NCBI GenBank assembly: GCA_048886185.1
Contig: JBHLKY010000003.1
Coordinates: 156,806-180,805 of the forward strand
From: Candidatus Hermodarchaeota archaeon
GTDB lineage: Archaea > Asgardarchaeota > Heimdallarchaeia > Hodarchaeales > Hodarchaeaceae
DNA: 24,000 nucleotides
Reading direction: 5' to 3'
A program made the translations under genes and the position numbers. The notes beneath the pieces are model-generated. The model was not told the DNA's origin, made no database searches, and saw only the letters and a program-made list of their open reading frames with translations. Numbering within the stretch: position 1 is the stretch's first letter; every line of letters begins with the position of its first letter. This document shows positions 9,201 through 16,045 of the stretch, in pieces.

Positions 9201-9755
9201 ACTAGCCTAAAAGTATTCTCAAATGCATCTAGTATCGTAACAGCCTTTTTACCACCTCAAAAATGGAATTATTCAATTTCGATTCAATTGATAGTGAAAT
9301 ATCATTTTGCGTTTATAATAGGAAGTTCATTCCAGAACTTCTCAATTAGAGACCCATTTCCCCCAACATTAGATTATTCTATCGAACCACTGGTTAATCT
9401 CATTCGAATACATGCTTTTGTATTTGAGCCTGATAGAGCTTCAGGAATCAAGAATGTCTCTCTATTAATAGGAGAAGAAAATTACTCTTCTCTTAATTTT
9501 TCATCATATCACTTTGAATTTGAAATCCCAACTGTCCTTGCAACTTCCTCATTCATCAAAATAAAGGTTTTCGATAGGGCTGGTAATGAAAGAACAACTG
9601 ATTTCATTGATATTAATAATTTTATTTCTAATTCTTCTTCTCTTTTCATGAATTTAGCAACACAATTTCTCTTTTCTACTCTTTTTTCTGTAGTTATAGT
9701 TAGTAGCATTCTCTTTTCTCGAATAATTCGAAGGAGAAGGGCCTCAATTCTTTGA
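6228..9755 (+). CDS. Giant surface protein: N-terminal signal/anchor, C-terminal TM anchor with RRRR tail, very dense in N-glycosylation sequons
   Basis: 1175-aa uninterrupted ORF.
- N-terminus: ...NTIVFLLITFSLVFSSLNTC.
- C-terminus: ...FLFSTLFSVVIVSSILFSRIIRRRRASIL.
- About 45 N-x-S/T sequons by my hand count.
- Beta-sandwich-like strings such as GDYTLDIIASDG...NITVEP and KVFDRAGNERT.
No family recognised. Confidence 0.8.
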   Translation: MSIRNKFQDSVNTIVFLLITFSLVFSSLNTCNILQFSDKSASEINYFPKKEFFTQNVQKNISKFQINSFSSNEEPIPYFLEQSNEFDLELNQMKQILTTSNTNISINSKVKNSSFQILSTGNTSINEWQNGIEPDYGYVNVSTFLSEDETVFQLNYSDNSVTPASGITNTKFLGSFNPNVTSSSTIISFDFRIPYVTPGFLSTLHTLVLDFRFNNGSISFILSDFGGSIGEILEENITRPNGSDTLFILCNDTVPFSWKHISYNITRLVTTYFDLEDYIKFSELTTLFCYLISFSPEFQLCLDLNNIEYFASLPCNPPINYSIGETTVFSENGSLSFESALGNFTFCAYEDSPRNNSQTYLEVNISRIFNLESFCWAENWNKTNVKIKMFLNIPKILEGASSSIIHIFLPSDWNNLNIINHSVNFKFLNKTRMLNEYTLGNYYKLNVSRIEEGILEAWTLNHLSNIITPTDISRNEVIEIRGDLHYPLPGYINLFLQNGSFIYHQTTLPMINSTFIFPKITITDQFPLGIVQLTLNWSYSHGFGIFKKLVYIHEDVNLHSLILFQSPQNIDIHQFEPLLINLSLLKNGNKYSTNSTLVFLFMETEWLLFFQTSNNDYILNVSHIIWNPGDYTLDIIASDGNLFFAKNVVNITVEPASIFWSFENLKTEILKNESINFRVYSYVVPQGSLYFKILSGLIIRIWINDTIVSTYQTNLYGFSDVEFYHGTLIDGDFLQVVLEGRLGGEVVKLQTVLFLISNETVLNSGDRAYIKEITRSVVKANETFYIYYTIEYLSNNSNWFIQIETFSDLILSAFILRDNYVVGAHIEDEKLIWTLKADPSIKDTLVLELPSPTVLVRKESLGKKFRLKILTESKLTINNYTIEINLQFLGFTFSNISLFDSLNRDITNLFPMTIKGTFISFFNLNIIAGLEICYFLEGYLHTLEIVIKKPFLPTYMYNESIIGSWKFSAQINSSYSVIYTILGLGSWECYNTSLKVFSNASSIVTAFLPPQKWNYSISIQLIVKYHFAFIIGSSFQNFSIRDPFPPTLDYSIEPLVNLIRIHAFVFEPDRASGIKNVSLLIGEENYSSLNFSSYHFEFEIPTVLATSSFIKIKVFDRAGNERTTDFIDINNFISNSSSLFMNLATQFLFSTLFSVVIVSSILFSRIIRRRRASIL

Positions 9756-9765
9756 GCTGAAAAAT

Positions 9766-11223
9766 GTGGATCAAATTACATTGAAAGAAAAAATCAGGAT
9801 TTTCATCATAACATCTTTTCTATTCATTATTCTAATCTCTGTAGAAGGTTTTATTATATTAGATGATCCTAGCGGAATTTTAAAGGAATTTCTAGCATCT
9901 CCTATTGAGTTAATAAACTATCTTCCTATCATTATACTGCTGTTTGTATTCGTTAGAGAAATAACTTCATTATTTAACAAGAATGTTCCAATGTTAGATT
10001 TCACGTGGCTAAGAAAAGGTATAATCTTTGTCTCAAATTTCAATATTTACTTGGTGATTTTCGAGACACATTCCCTTGGAAAAATCCAAACAAGCGAATT
10101 AAGCCAATTAAAGCATTTAGAATTGTTCTCATTAGAATTGGACAAAAAAAATAGATGTGTTAGGGTCATTCTTTATTCAAATTCCTATAAAGAATTGGAT
10201 AAATTAATTATAAATTCAAAACCAATTCTAGAGGTTGTTTTACCTGATATTCACTTAATCTCATTCATTCATTATAAGAAGTTGTTCGATAAGACTGAAG
10301 TAGTCAAATTCAGAAAACAATTCATTTTAAAAGAGAATTCAAAATTTCTTTTCCCTCAATTTATCAGTAATCCTACTGCGAGTATTAGTTCTTCGTTTTC
10401 CAGAATTGTTTTAGCCTTCAACATTCATAAAAGAGGAAATAGCAGTGAAAATGATAATGTAGTTAGATGTGTTCAGTTATATTGTCTTGAAGATTTTAAT
10501 CAGAATTCTTTTTTTAGGTGGGCAAATAAGATACTTTCAAGCCCTCATAAGAACTCACCTAAATTCCTTTGGGGCAATCATGAGCTTCAAAGGATTAGAT
10601 TGAGATGTCAGATTGAAAAAAGATTCTTATTTTGTTTTCAAGATGGACTCAATTTATTTAATCGTGAGTTAGCTCTTCTCCTGTTAGGATTAAAGAAAGT
10701 TGGAATTGAAGAAAAGAAAACTGACTATTCTCTTGATACAAAACAATATGAAACAAAACACTCATCCTTATTAAGTACAGAAACTGAAATACATACCTCT
10801 GGAGCAAATCAAATCTGTTCCGAAATGTGTAATATTCTGAAAGAGAATAAATTATCGAATACAGAAAAAGAAAAGAAATGCGTCAAAAGAGGAGCTCTTA
10901 GCAAGAAATTATTGATAAATGATGATTTTTATTTAATTATTGAAAATATTTTGAAACAAAAAAAAGAAACAGATCAATTTCATCTAATTTCCGAATTATA
11001 CAAACAAATCTCACATAAACAATTCTTTTGTGTGCTAGCACATTTGAGTCAGATAAGAAAGCCTGAAATATCTCATCAAAAGATTATCAAAATTATTATA
11101 ATTCTATTAAGATTGATTTATCAAGTTCAGGTAACTCCTTCTAGTGATAAAAGATCTCCTTCTGTAGTATTGGCTGATAATGAAGTGATTGAAAAGATTT
11201 CTCCCTCATTGACTCCAAATTAG
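9766..11223 (+). CDS. Membrane-anchored protein of unknown function (N-terminal ~3 TM, large Lys/Asn-rich soluble domain)
   Basis: 485-aa ORF with a GTG start, 10 nt after the stop of the 1175-aa gene (operonic). Hydrophobic N-terminal ~100 aa. No catalytic or binding motif recognised. Confidence 0.6.
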   Translation: MDQITLKEKIRIFIITSFLFIILISVEGFIILDDPSGILKEFLASPIELINYLPIIILLFVFVREITSLFNKNVPMLDFTWLRKGIIFVSNFNIYLVIFETHSLGKIQTSELSQLKHLELFSLELDKKNRCVRVILYSNSYKELDKLIINSKPILEVVLPDIHLISFIHYKKLFDKTEVVKFRKQFILKENSKFLFPQFISNPTASISSSFSRIVLAFNIHKRGNSSENDNVVRCVQLYCLEDFNQNSFFRWANKILSSPHKNSPKFLWGNHELQRIRLRCQIEKRFLFCFQDGLNLFNRELALLLLGLKKVGIEEKKTDYSLDTKQYETKHSSLLSTETEIHTSGANQICSEMCNILKENKLSNTEKEKKCVKRGALSKKLLINDDFYLIIENILKQKKETDQFHLISELYKQISHKQFFCVLAHLSQIRKPEISHQKIIKIIIILLRLIYQVQVTPSSDKRSPSVVLADNEVIEKISPSLTPN

Positions 11224-11231
11224 ATAAGGAA

Positions 11232-11334
11232 TGGGCCCACCCGGATTTGAACCGGGGATCTTTTCCTTAACATTTGGAACAAATGTTATCTCGGTTATCA
11301 GCCGAGCGCTTTAACCAGGCTAAGCCATGGGCCC
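11232..11334 (-). tRNA. tRNA-Ile (anticodon GAU) with a ~28-nt insertion between the anticodon stem and T stem (putative non-canonical intron)
   Basis: Reverse-complement fold:
- Acceptor GGGCCCA/TGGGCCC with discriminator A.
- D arm GCTT-AGCCTGGTTA-AAGC.
- Anticodon arm CTCGG-CTGATAA-CCGAG.
- T arm CCCGG-TTCAAAT-CCGGG.
33 nt lie where a 5-nt variable loop is expected, including a perfect 8-bp hairpin AACATTTG-TTC-CAAATGTT. No CCA is encoded. Confidence 0.8.
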
Positions 11335-11394
11335 TTTTTTGATATGAAAAAAGGTAAGATTTTTCCTGAGTCTTCCTTAAATAAATCTTGTGGA

Positions 11395-11796
11395 CTATCG
11401 ATAACTCTTGGTATATTTTGCTCGCGCTCCTGGTCCACCAAAGTGCTTAGGTTCACGACGACGTGGATCTCCTACTATCATATGACGATCATATTCAATA
11501 AGTTTAACCCGTAATTCTTCAGAATCAGTCCAAGATAAAAGAGCTCGTGCGATAGCAGTTCTAGCAGCGTCAGCTTGACCCATATACCCTCCACCTTTAA
11601 CTTTAACCTTAATATCTATTTTATTTTTAGTTTTTTCATCAATAAAATAGAATGGCTCCAATAATTTCAACCTGACAATTTCAGGCTCAATGATCTCTAT
11701 TGGTTTGCCATTAATTAATATTCTACCTTTTCCTTCTTTGATAATGGCACGCGCAATAGCAGTACGTCGCTTTCCACTTCGTAACATACTTTTCAT
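11395..11796 (-). CDS. rps9: 30S ribosomal protein S9 (uS9)
   Basis: 133 aa. GKRRTAIARA, GGGYMGQADAARTAIARAL and the C-terminal ...GARAKYTKSYR are hallmarks of uS9. Confidence 0.95.
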   Translation of the reverse strand: MKSMLRSGKRRTAIARAIIKEGKGRILINGKPIEIIEPEIVRLKLLEPFYFIDEKTKNKIDIKVKVKGGGYMGQADAARTAIARALLSWTDSEELRVKLIEYDRHMIVGDPRRREPKHFGGPGARAKYTKSYR

Positions 11797-11806
11797 TTAT
11801 AAACCT

Positions 11807-12244
11807 TCATATCTTTGATTTCAATTCGCCAAGGGATATGTAAGATGCTTTAGGATTTATTTTCTGAGTTGCTGGGATGATTTCAATTTCTTTTTCGTGT
11901 AATTCTTCAGGAAAGTCCTTGAAAACAACCAAGCGATTATAAGCTTCCTTTCCTTTACTTTTATGATATGGAAGCATACCACGAATCGTTCTCTTCAGGA
12001 TCTTGTCGGTTTCACGGGGGTAAAAAGGACCTTTTAATGGATTCGATTTGGTTTTAATTCTCCTTCTTTGCGAATATCTGCTGGCTATTAGATCTCCTCT
12101 TCCAGAAATCAATCCTTTATCTGCATTGACTATTATGATCTTTTCTCCATTCAATAACCTTTTAGCTACAATACTTGCTAATCGACCTAAAATAGAATTT
12201 TCTGCATTTATGATGTTTGATTCATCTAATAAATTATCGAGCAT
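11807..12244 (-). CDS. rpl13: 50S ribosomal protein L13 (uL13)
   Basis: 145 aa with the ILGRLAS..AK.LL.GEKIIIVNA and TIRGMLP..K.KG..A..RL blocks. A GAGGA Shine-Dalgarno-like motif lies ~10 nt upstream. The gene ends 10 nt before rps9. Confidence 0.95.
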   Translation of the reverse strand: MLDNLLDESNIINAENSILGRLASIVAKRLLNGEKIIIVNADKGLISGRGDLIASRYSQRRRIKTKSNPLKGPFYPRETDKILKRTIRGMLPYHKSKGKEAYNRLVVFKDFPEELHEKEIEIIPATQKINPKASYISLGELKSKI

Positions 12245-12264
12245 TATTTTTTCCTCTTTTTCCC

Positions 12265-12651
12265 TTATTTAATTATTCTGATTTTAGATCCATTAGGATT
12301 CTTTTTTACAAGATCTTCGATGGTTAGACAATGTCCACCAACAGAGGTGATTTTCTCTCGAGCTGCTTCTGAAAACGATTCTGCTGCAATATCAAGTTGA
12401 TGATTCAATAATCCTGTACCCAGAACCTTCCCTGGTATCAATAAAACATCACCTGGAGATGATATTCTATTTAGATGGGATAAATTCACGGTAACGCGCC
12501 TCCTTTTCGCCCTTGATAGTTCAGACGCTAGTAACGACCAGATTTTAGCGTTATTTGCAGCAGCGACTCCTTTCAAAAGCCTAATTAACGTGATTTTGTT
12601 TGGATCTGATCTTCCCTTAGTTTTCAACTGAATCACACTTTTAAAACTCAT
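12265..12651 (-). CDS. rpl18e: 50S ribosomal protein L18e (eL18)
   Basis: 128 aa. DPNKITLIRLL, AKIW..LA..L...RRRRVTVNLS.LNR, PGKVLG.G.L.H...AA.SFSE.A.EKI...GG.CLTIE.L...NP.GS..RII closely matches archaeal L18e as I remember it. Confidence 0.88.
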   Translation of the reverse strand: MSFKSVIQLKTKGRSDPNKITLIRLLKGVAAANNAKIWSLLASELSRAKRRRVTVNLSHLNRISSPGDVLLIPGKVLGTGLLNHQLDIAAESFSEAAREKITSVGGHCLTIEDLVKKNPNGSKIRIIK

Positions 12652-13441
12652 TTACAAGAATATTAAATTCTTTTGTTTTTTCTTTCAATAGTTTAAGAGC
12701 TTCAATCAGAATATTTTTGATCGAAAGTGCTCCAGTACTTTCAATGATAAATACGAAATCTTTCCCAGTTGTTGATACTGTAACAGCATCCAATTCACAG
12801 ATATCAACACATTGGTTGCATAAACTGCAATTTATCACATTTACAGCCAGAATTTCATCGTTTTCAATCTTTATGATATCTCGAGGACAAACCTCAACAC
12901 AATCTCCACAAAAAGTACAATTGTTTAGATTAAATTCAACATAAGGATTATATTTGTAAGAAACTGTTGAAATGGGTTGCCACTTTGCATGATCTATCCC
13001 TCTACCAAGTCGAGCAATAGCTTCGAGAAAAATCTTTTGGTCTCTAGCCATTTTAAGAATTGGAATATTTGGGTGAACAGGAACTATTTTGGGATCTTGA
13101 GATAATAAATGACTGGAAAAAACTATTTCTACATCTTGGTCACCCGATTTTTCTAGAGTTAAAGAAACCTCACAGGAAGTACACCCTTGTCCCCCACATG
13201 AACATAATTCGTGTCTGACATAGTTTTCTAGATCAGTCTTAAGAGGAATTAGTCCTAATCTATGTGCTACGATTTCATCATAAAGAGGTGTTGTATTCTC
13301 TATTACAATTACTTCATCAATTGCCATTGTGGGAACTTCACTCAGGATCATTCTCCGCAAAGTATTTGCGAAGGTTGGGGTTACTTCAGAGAGAATAAAC
13401 TTGACGAAATTCGCTCTTTGTTCAATAATCTCTAATTCCAA
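12641..13441 (-). CDS. rpoD: DNA-directed RNA polymerase subunit D (Rpo3) with a ferredoxin-like Fe-S domain
   Basis: 266 aa.
- N-terminus: FANTLRRMILSEVPTMAIDEV.
- HRLGLIPL block.
- Two CxxCxxCxxxC motifs (CTFCGDCVEVCP, CSLCNQCVDIC) plus CSCGGQGCTSC.
The start codon at 13441 is TTG. The 3' end overlaps the rpl18e start by 11 nt. Confidence 0.9.
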   Translation of the reverse strand: MELEIIEQRANFVKFILSEVTPTFANTLRRMILSEVPTMAIDEVIVIENTTPLYDEIVAHRLGLIPLKTDLENYVRHELCSCGGQGCTSCEVSLTLEKSGDQDVEIVFSSHLLSQDPKIVPVHPNIPILKMARDQKIFLEAIARLGRGIDHAKWQPISTVSYKYNPYVEFNLNNCTFCGDCVEVCPRDIIKIENDEILAVNVINCSLCNQCVDICELDAVTVSTTGKDFVFIIESTGALSIKNILIEALKLLKEKTKEFNILVNEF

Positions 13442-14259
13442 AGATAAAATACCACCTTTATTTGGATCACTTTATTCTAGAACCTAACGTTAGAATCAAA
13501 GAAAAAAACCCATTTTTTCTCTTCTTCTTACTGTTGGTGACTCATAGTGATGTATTTCGTACGATATGGCTGCAATTAAGTTAGCTATAAATGTTTTTTT
13601 CTGAATCTGGTTTCTTTTCTGAAGAAATGCTGAATTAAACCTTTCAAAAGAAATAATCGTTCATTTAATCCTGAATTTCACCCAAGTATAGAAAATAATG
13701 TTCCCTTATAGAGTTAGCGGGAAAATTAAGGTTTTTTTTATTGAAGCATTTGTAACTAGAATCATTATTGCAGACTCTCTCTGTGGATTTACTACCTTTC
13801 ATAAGAAATCACCTGTAAAATAAAAGTAGGAAGGAAAAAAACTCCTCCTATTCTTTTAATTAAGACGGAGGAATCACCTGTGGTGATTGATAGATGTTGG
13901 AAGTGACAATTAATACAAAATGTTGAACTATTGCATTAACAAGATTCGGTTGGAGTTAACAAGAGGAATTTAAGCCCTCATTGTAGGAATACCTTTATAT
14001 GATTAGATTCTGCGTCAAACCTTGAATTCTCATTCTCAATATTAATTTGAAATCTATTGGGGGAAAACTAGAAAACAAACTACCATTAGATGATTTATAA
14101 GGCCTCTTCAGAGTTCTCTGAGCTTAATAATACTCTAGTAGCAGAAGAAAGATATGAAATAACCTAAATAAATTGGACTAATGACTGACTTACTCAAAAT
14201 TAGGACTTTAAAAAAGATTAGCTCTTTCATTTAATGAGCACTTGTAAAAGATGGTTTAA

Positions 14260-14538
14260 ATGGTATTGATAATCCTAAGTCAATGGGATGAATATATTCG
14301 TGGATGGCAACTTCTTATTGAATCTGGAGATCAGATCTTTTGGACAATCCTCATTCTTGTTGCTTGGATAGTTCGAGCAATATCCCTAACAATGATTCTT
14401 ATCCAGCTTGGAGAAAAGTTGATTCGAAATAAGAAAGACTTTGAATTCAATATTTTGATCACTGTAGTAATTTTTATTTTAGTAACAGTTCCATTTTTTT
14501 TGGCTGGACTACCTCTAATTTATCCTATTATACCTTAA
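14260..14538 (+). CDS. Hypothetical small membrane protein
   Basis: 92-aa ORF with an ATG start and two to three hydrophobic segments, convergent with ksgA (16-nt gap). No motif recognised. It may not be a real gene. Confidence 0.3.
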   Translation: MVLIILSQWDEYIRGWQLLIESGDQIFWTILILVAWIVRAISLTMILIQLGEKLIRNKKDFEFNILITVVIFILVTVPFFLAGLPLIYPIIP

Positions 14539-14554
14539 TCTCGAAATGATCATT

Positions 14555-15430
14555 TCATTTGGACAAAAAAGTGATTAAAATTTCATTAAAAACATTAAAA
14601 AGGTCAAGTATTTCACTAGGGGAAAGACTGATTGGCTTACGAGAATGATATTCAAGCCTATCTAATTCATTCATGAATAATTTTCGCTGATCACGTGAAT
14701 ATTGTTTTGCATATATCTGTAAATTATTTCTTACCTTTTTATGTTTTCGACAAAACAATCGTGTTAAAAATTCGAAGAAATTTTTGTCTTTTATTATCTC
14801 AGGGGATTTCAACTTAGTACCACGTACAAGAGCTGATTGAACCTTGGGCCTAGGGGTAAAGTAGTGAGGGGGGAATGTTTGGATTAGCTCAAACTTATAA
14901 GAATATGAGGAAAAGACTGAAATTCGGCTATAAGAAGAATCTCCTGGTTTTGCACACAGATGGTTAGCAAACTCTCTTTGTAAGGTAAGTGCCATGATTT
15001 CAGGTCGATTTTCAATCGTTGTTATCTTTTTGATAAAGGGGGAGGATATATTGAATGGAAGATTAGAAATCAGTTTCTGATGAGGAGGAATTTCAAGGTT
15101 AAGAAAATCTCCTGAAATGATTTTTAATTTCTCACCATAATTAATAAATTCTTTTTTTACTATAGAGGAAAGAATTGGATCGATTTCAAAAGAGAAAACT
15201 TTTTGACATTTTTGAAGGAGAAAATAGGTTAGTGTGCCAATTCCAGTTCCAACTTCAACAATAATATCTTCCTGACTGGTATCTACAACTGAAAGAAGGG
15301 CATCAATCACAGCTTTCTCTATAACAAAATTTTGTCCTGAAGATTTTGATGGAGTAATGGCATATTTTTGAACTATAGTCTTAGTGTACTTCTTTAGATT
15401 TCCTTTTTCAAGCAGATTGAAGAAGCTCAA
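14555..15430 (-). CDS. ksgA: 16S rRNA (adenine1518/1519-N6)-dimethyltransferase KsgA/RsmA/Dim1
   Basis: 291 aa with SGQNFV, the SAM-binding VVEVGTGIGTLT, and NLPFNISSP (the NLPYxIS motif). Confidence 0.9.
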   Translation of the reverse strand: MSFFNLLEKGNLKKYTKTIVQKYAITPSKSSGQNFVIEKAVIDALLSVVDTSQEDIIVEVGTGIGTLTYFLLQKCQKVFSFEIDPILSSIVKKEFINYGEKLKIISGDFLNLEIPPHQKLISNLPFNISSPFIKKITTIENRPEIMALTLQREFANHLCAKPGDSSYSRISVFSSYSYKFELIQTFPPHYFTPRPKVQSALVRGTKLKSPEIIKDKNFFEFLTRLFCRKHKKVRNNLQIYAKQYSRDQRKLFMNELDRLEYHSRKPISLSPSEILDLFNVFNEILITFLSK

Positions 15431-15442
15431 TATCGGTCAAGT

Positions 15443-16045
15443 TTATAAGGATTTTTTTGTGAATAAATAATATTTTGGTGAAGTTTCAAGTTCTAACAGA
15501 ATACGATTAGTGAATATTGACATGGGATCTGTGATTCCAGTTCTTTTGGTGAAATCACCAAAGGATGAGAATGGACCCTGTTTTCTGGCTTCTAAAATTG
15601 ACCATAGTCTCTTTTGTCCAATTCCAGGAAGTAATTCAAGCTGGTGCATTCGTGTTGTGAGTGGGTGTGCCAGATTGATGAAATTTATATATTTTGATTC
15701 TGATGAATTTACAATATTCTTGATTATAAGAGGGAGGCTTTCCAGAGCCAAACTAGAAAGTTGATCATATCGGAGCTGTTTTACTCGTAAAATGCGTTTA
15801 TTTCTTGGTGAAAGTAGTAAAGTATCACCTACTGTGAGTCTTAATCCATTTACCAAAATCACATCAAAAAGTTGGAATCCTTTAACCGTGATGACAACTG
15901 CTAACGGATTATAATCTTCAGAACGTCTGTGACTTAATGATTTTCCTTGAGGATAAAAATCTATTACTACGCTCTCTCCTATGATTTCAAATCGGTCTTT
16001 TAGTTTCCTCTCCTCTCTTTTTCCTCGTTGATCTCTTCTTCTCAT
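15443..16045 (-). CDS. DUF655/COG1491-like putative nucleic-acid-binding protein (OB-fold plus helix-hairpin-helix)
   Basis: 200 aa, ending 12 nt upstream of ksgA. It has a basic N-terminus and a C-terminal HhH-like LELLPGIGQKRLWSILEARK. From memory, the COG1491-KsgA pairing is a conserved archaeal neighbourhood. Confidence 0.6.
   Translation of the reverse strand: MRRRDQRGKREERKLKDRFEIIGESVVIDFYPQGKSLSHRRSEDYNPLAVVITVKGFQLFDVILVNGLRLTVGDTLLLSPRNKRILRVKQLRYDQLSSLALESLPLIIKNIVNSSESKYINFINLAHPLTTRMHQLELLPGIGQKRLWSILEARKQGPFSSFGDFTKRTGITDPMSIFTNRILLELETSPKYYLFTKKSL

Noticed and set aside
11256-11290. Extra 28 nt in tRNA-Ile interpreted as a class II long variable arm
   Set aside because: The anticodon GAU specifies Ile, a class I tRNA. 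The 8-bp perfect hairpin is longer than typical variable arms. An intron is the more economical reading.
9766-11334. Accessory locus as an integrated element at the 3' end of tRNA-Ile
   Set aside because: The 485-aa gene abuts the tRNA 3' end, which is a classic integration site. But I found no integrase or recombinase, no direct repeat of the tRNA 3' segment elsewhere in the window, and no phage or plasmid genes.
13540-13610. Possible C/D-box sRNAs: GTGATGT...CTGA at ~13547-13604; also GGATGAAG...CTGA at ~23025-23090 and ATGATGA at ~4540
   Set aside because: The C boxes deviate from RUGAUGA, no convincing C'/D' pair or terminal stem was found, and CTGA is too short to be informative. A covariance-model scan is needed before making any call.
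13807-13881. 10-nt direct repeat AATCACCTGT (13807-13816 and 13872-13881)
   Set aside because: By rough estimate, a 10-mer recurring within ~100 nt is expected about once or more by chance in 24 kb of compositionally biased DNA. It is not evidence for a repeat element or CRISPR.
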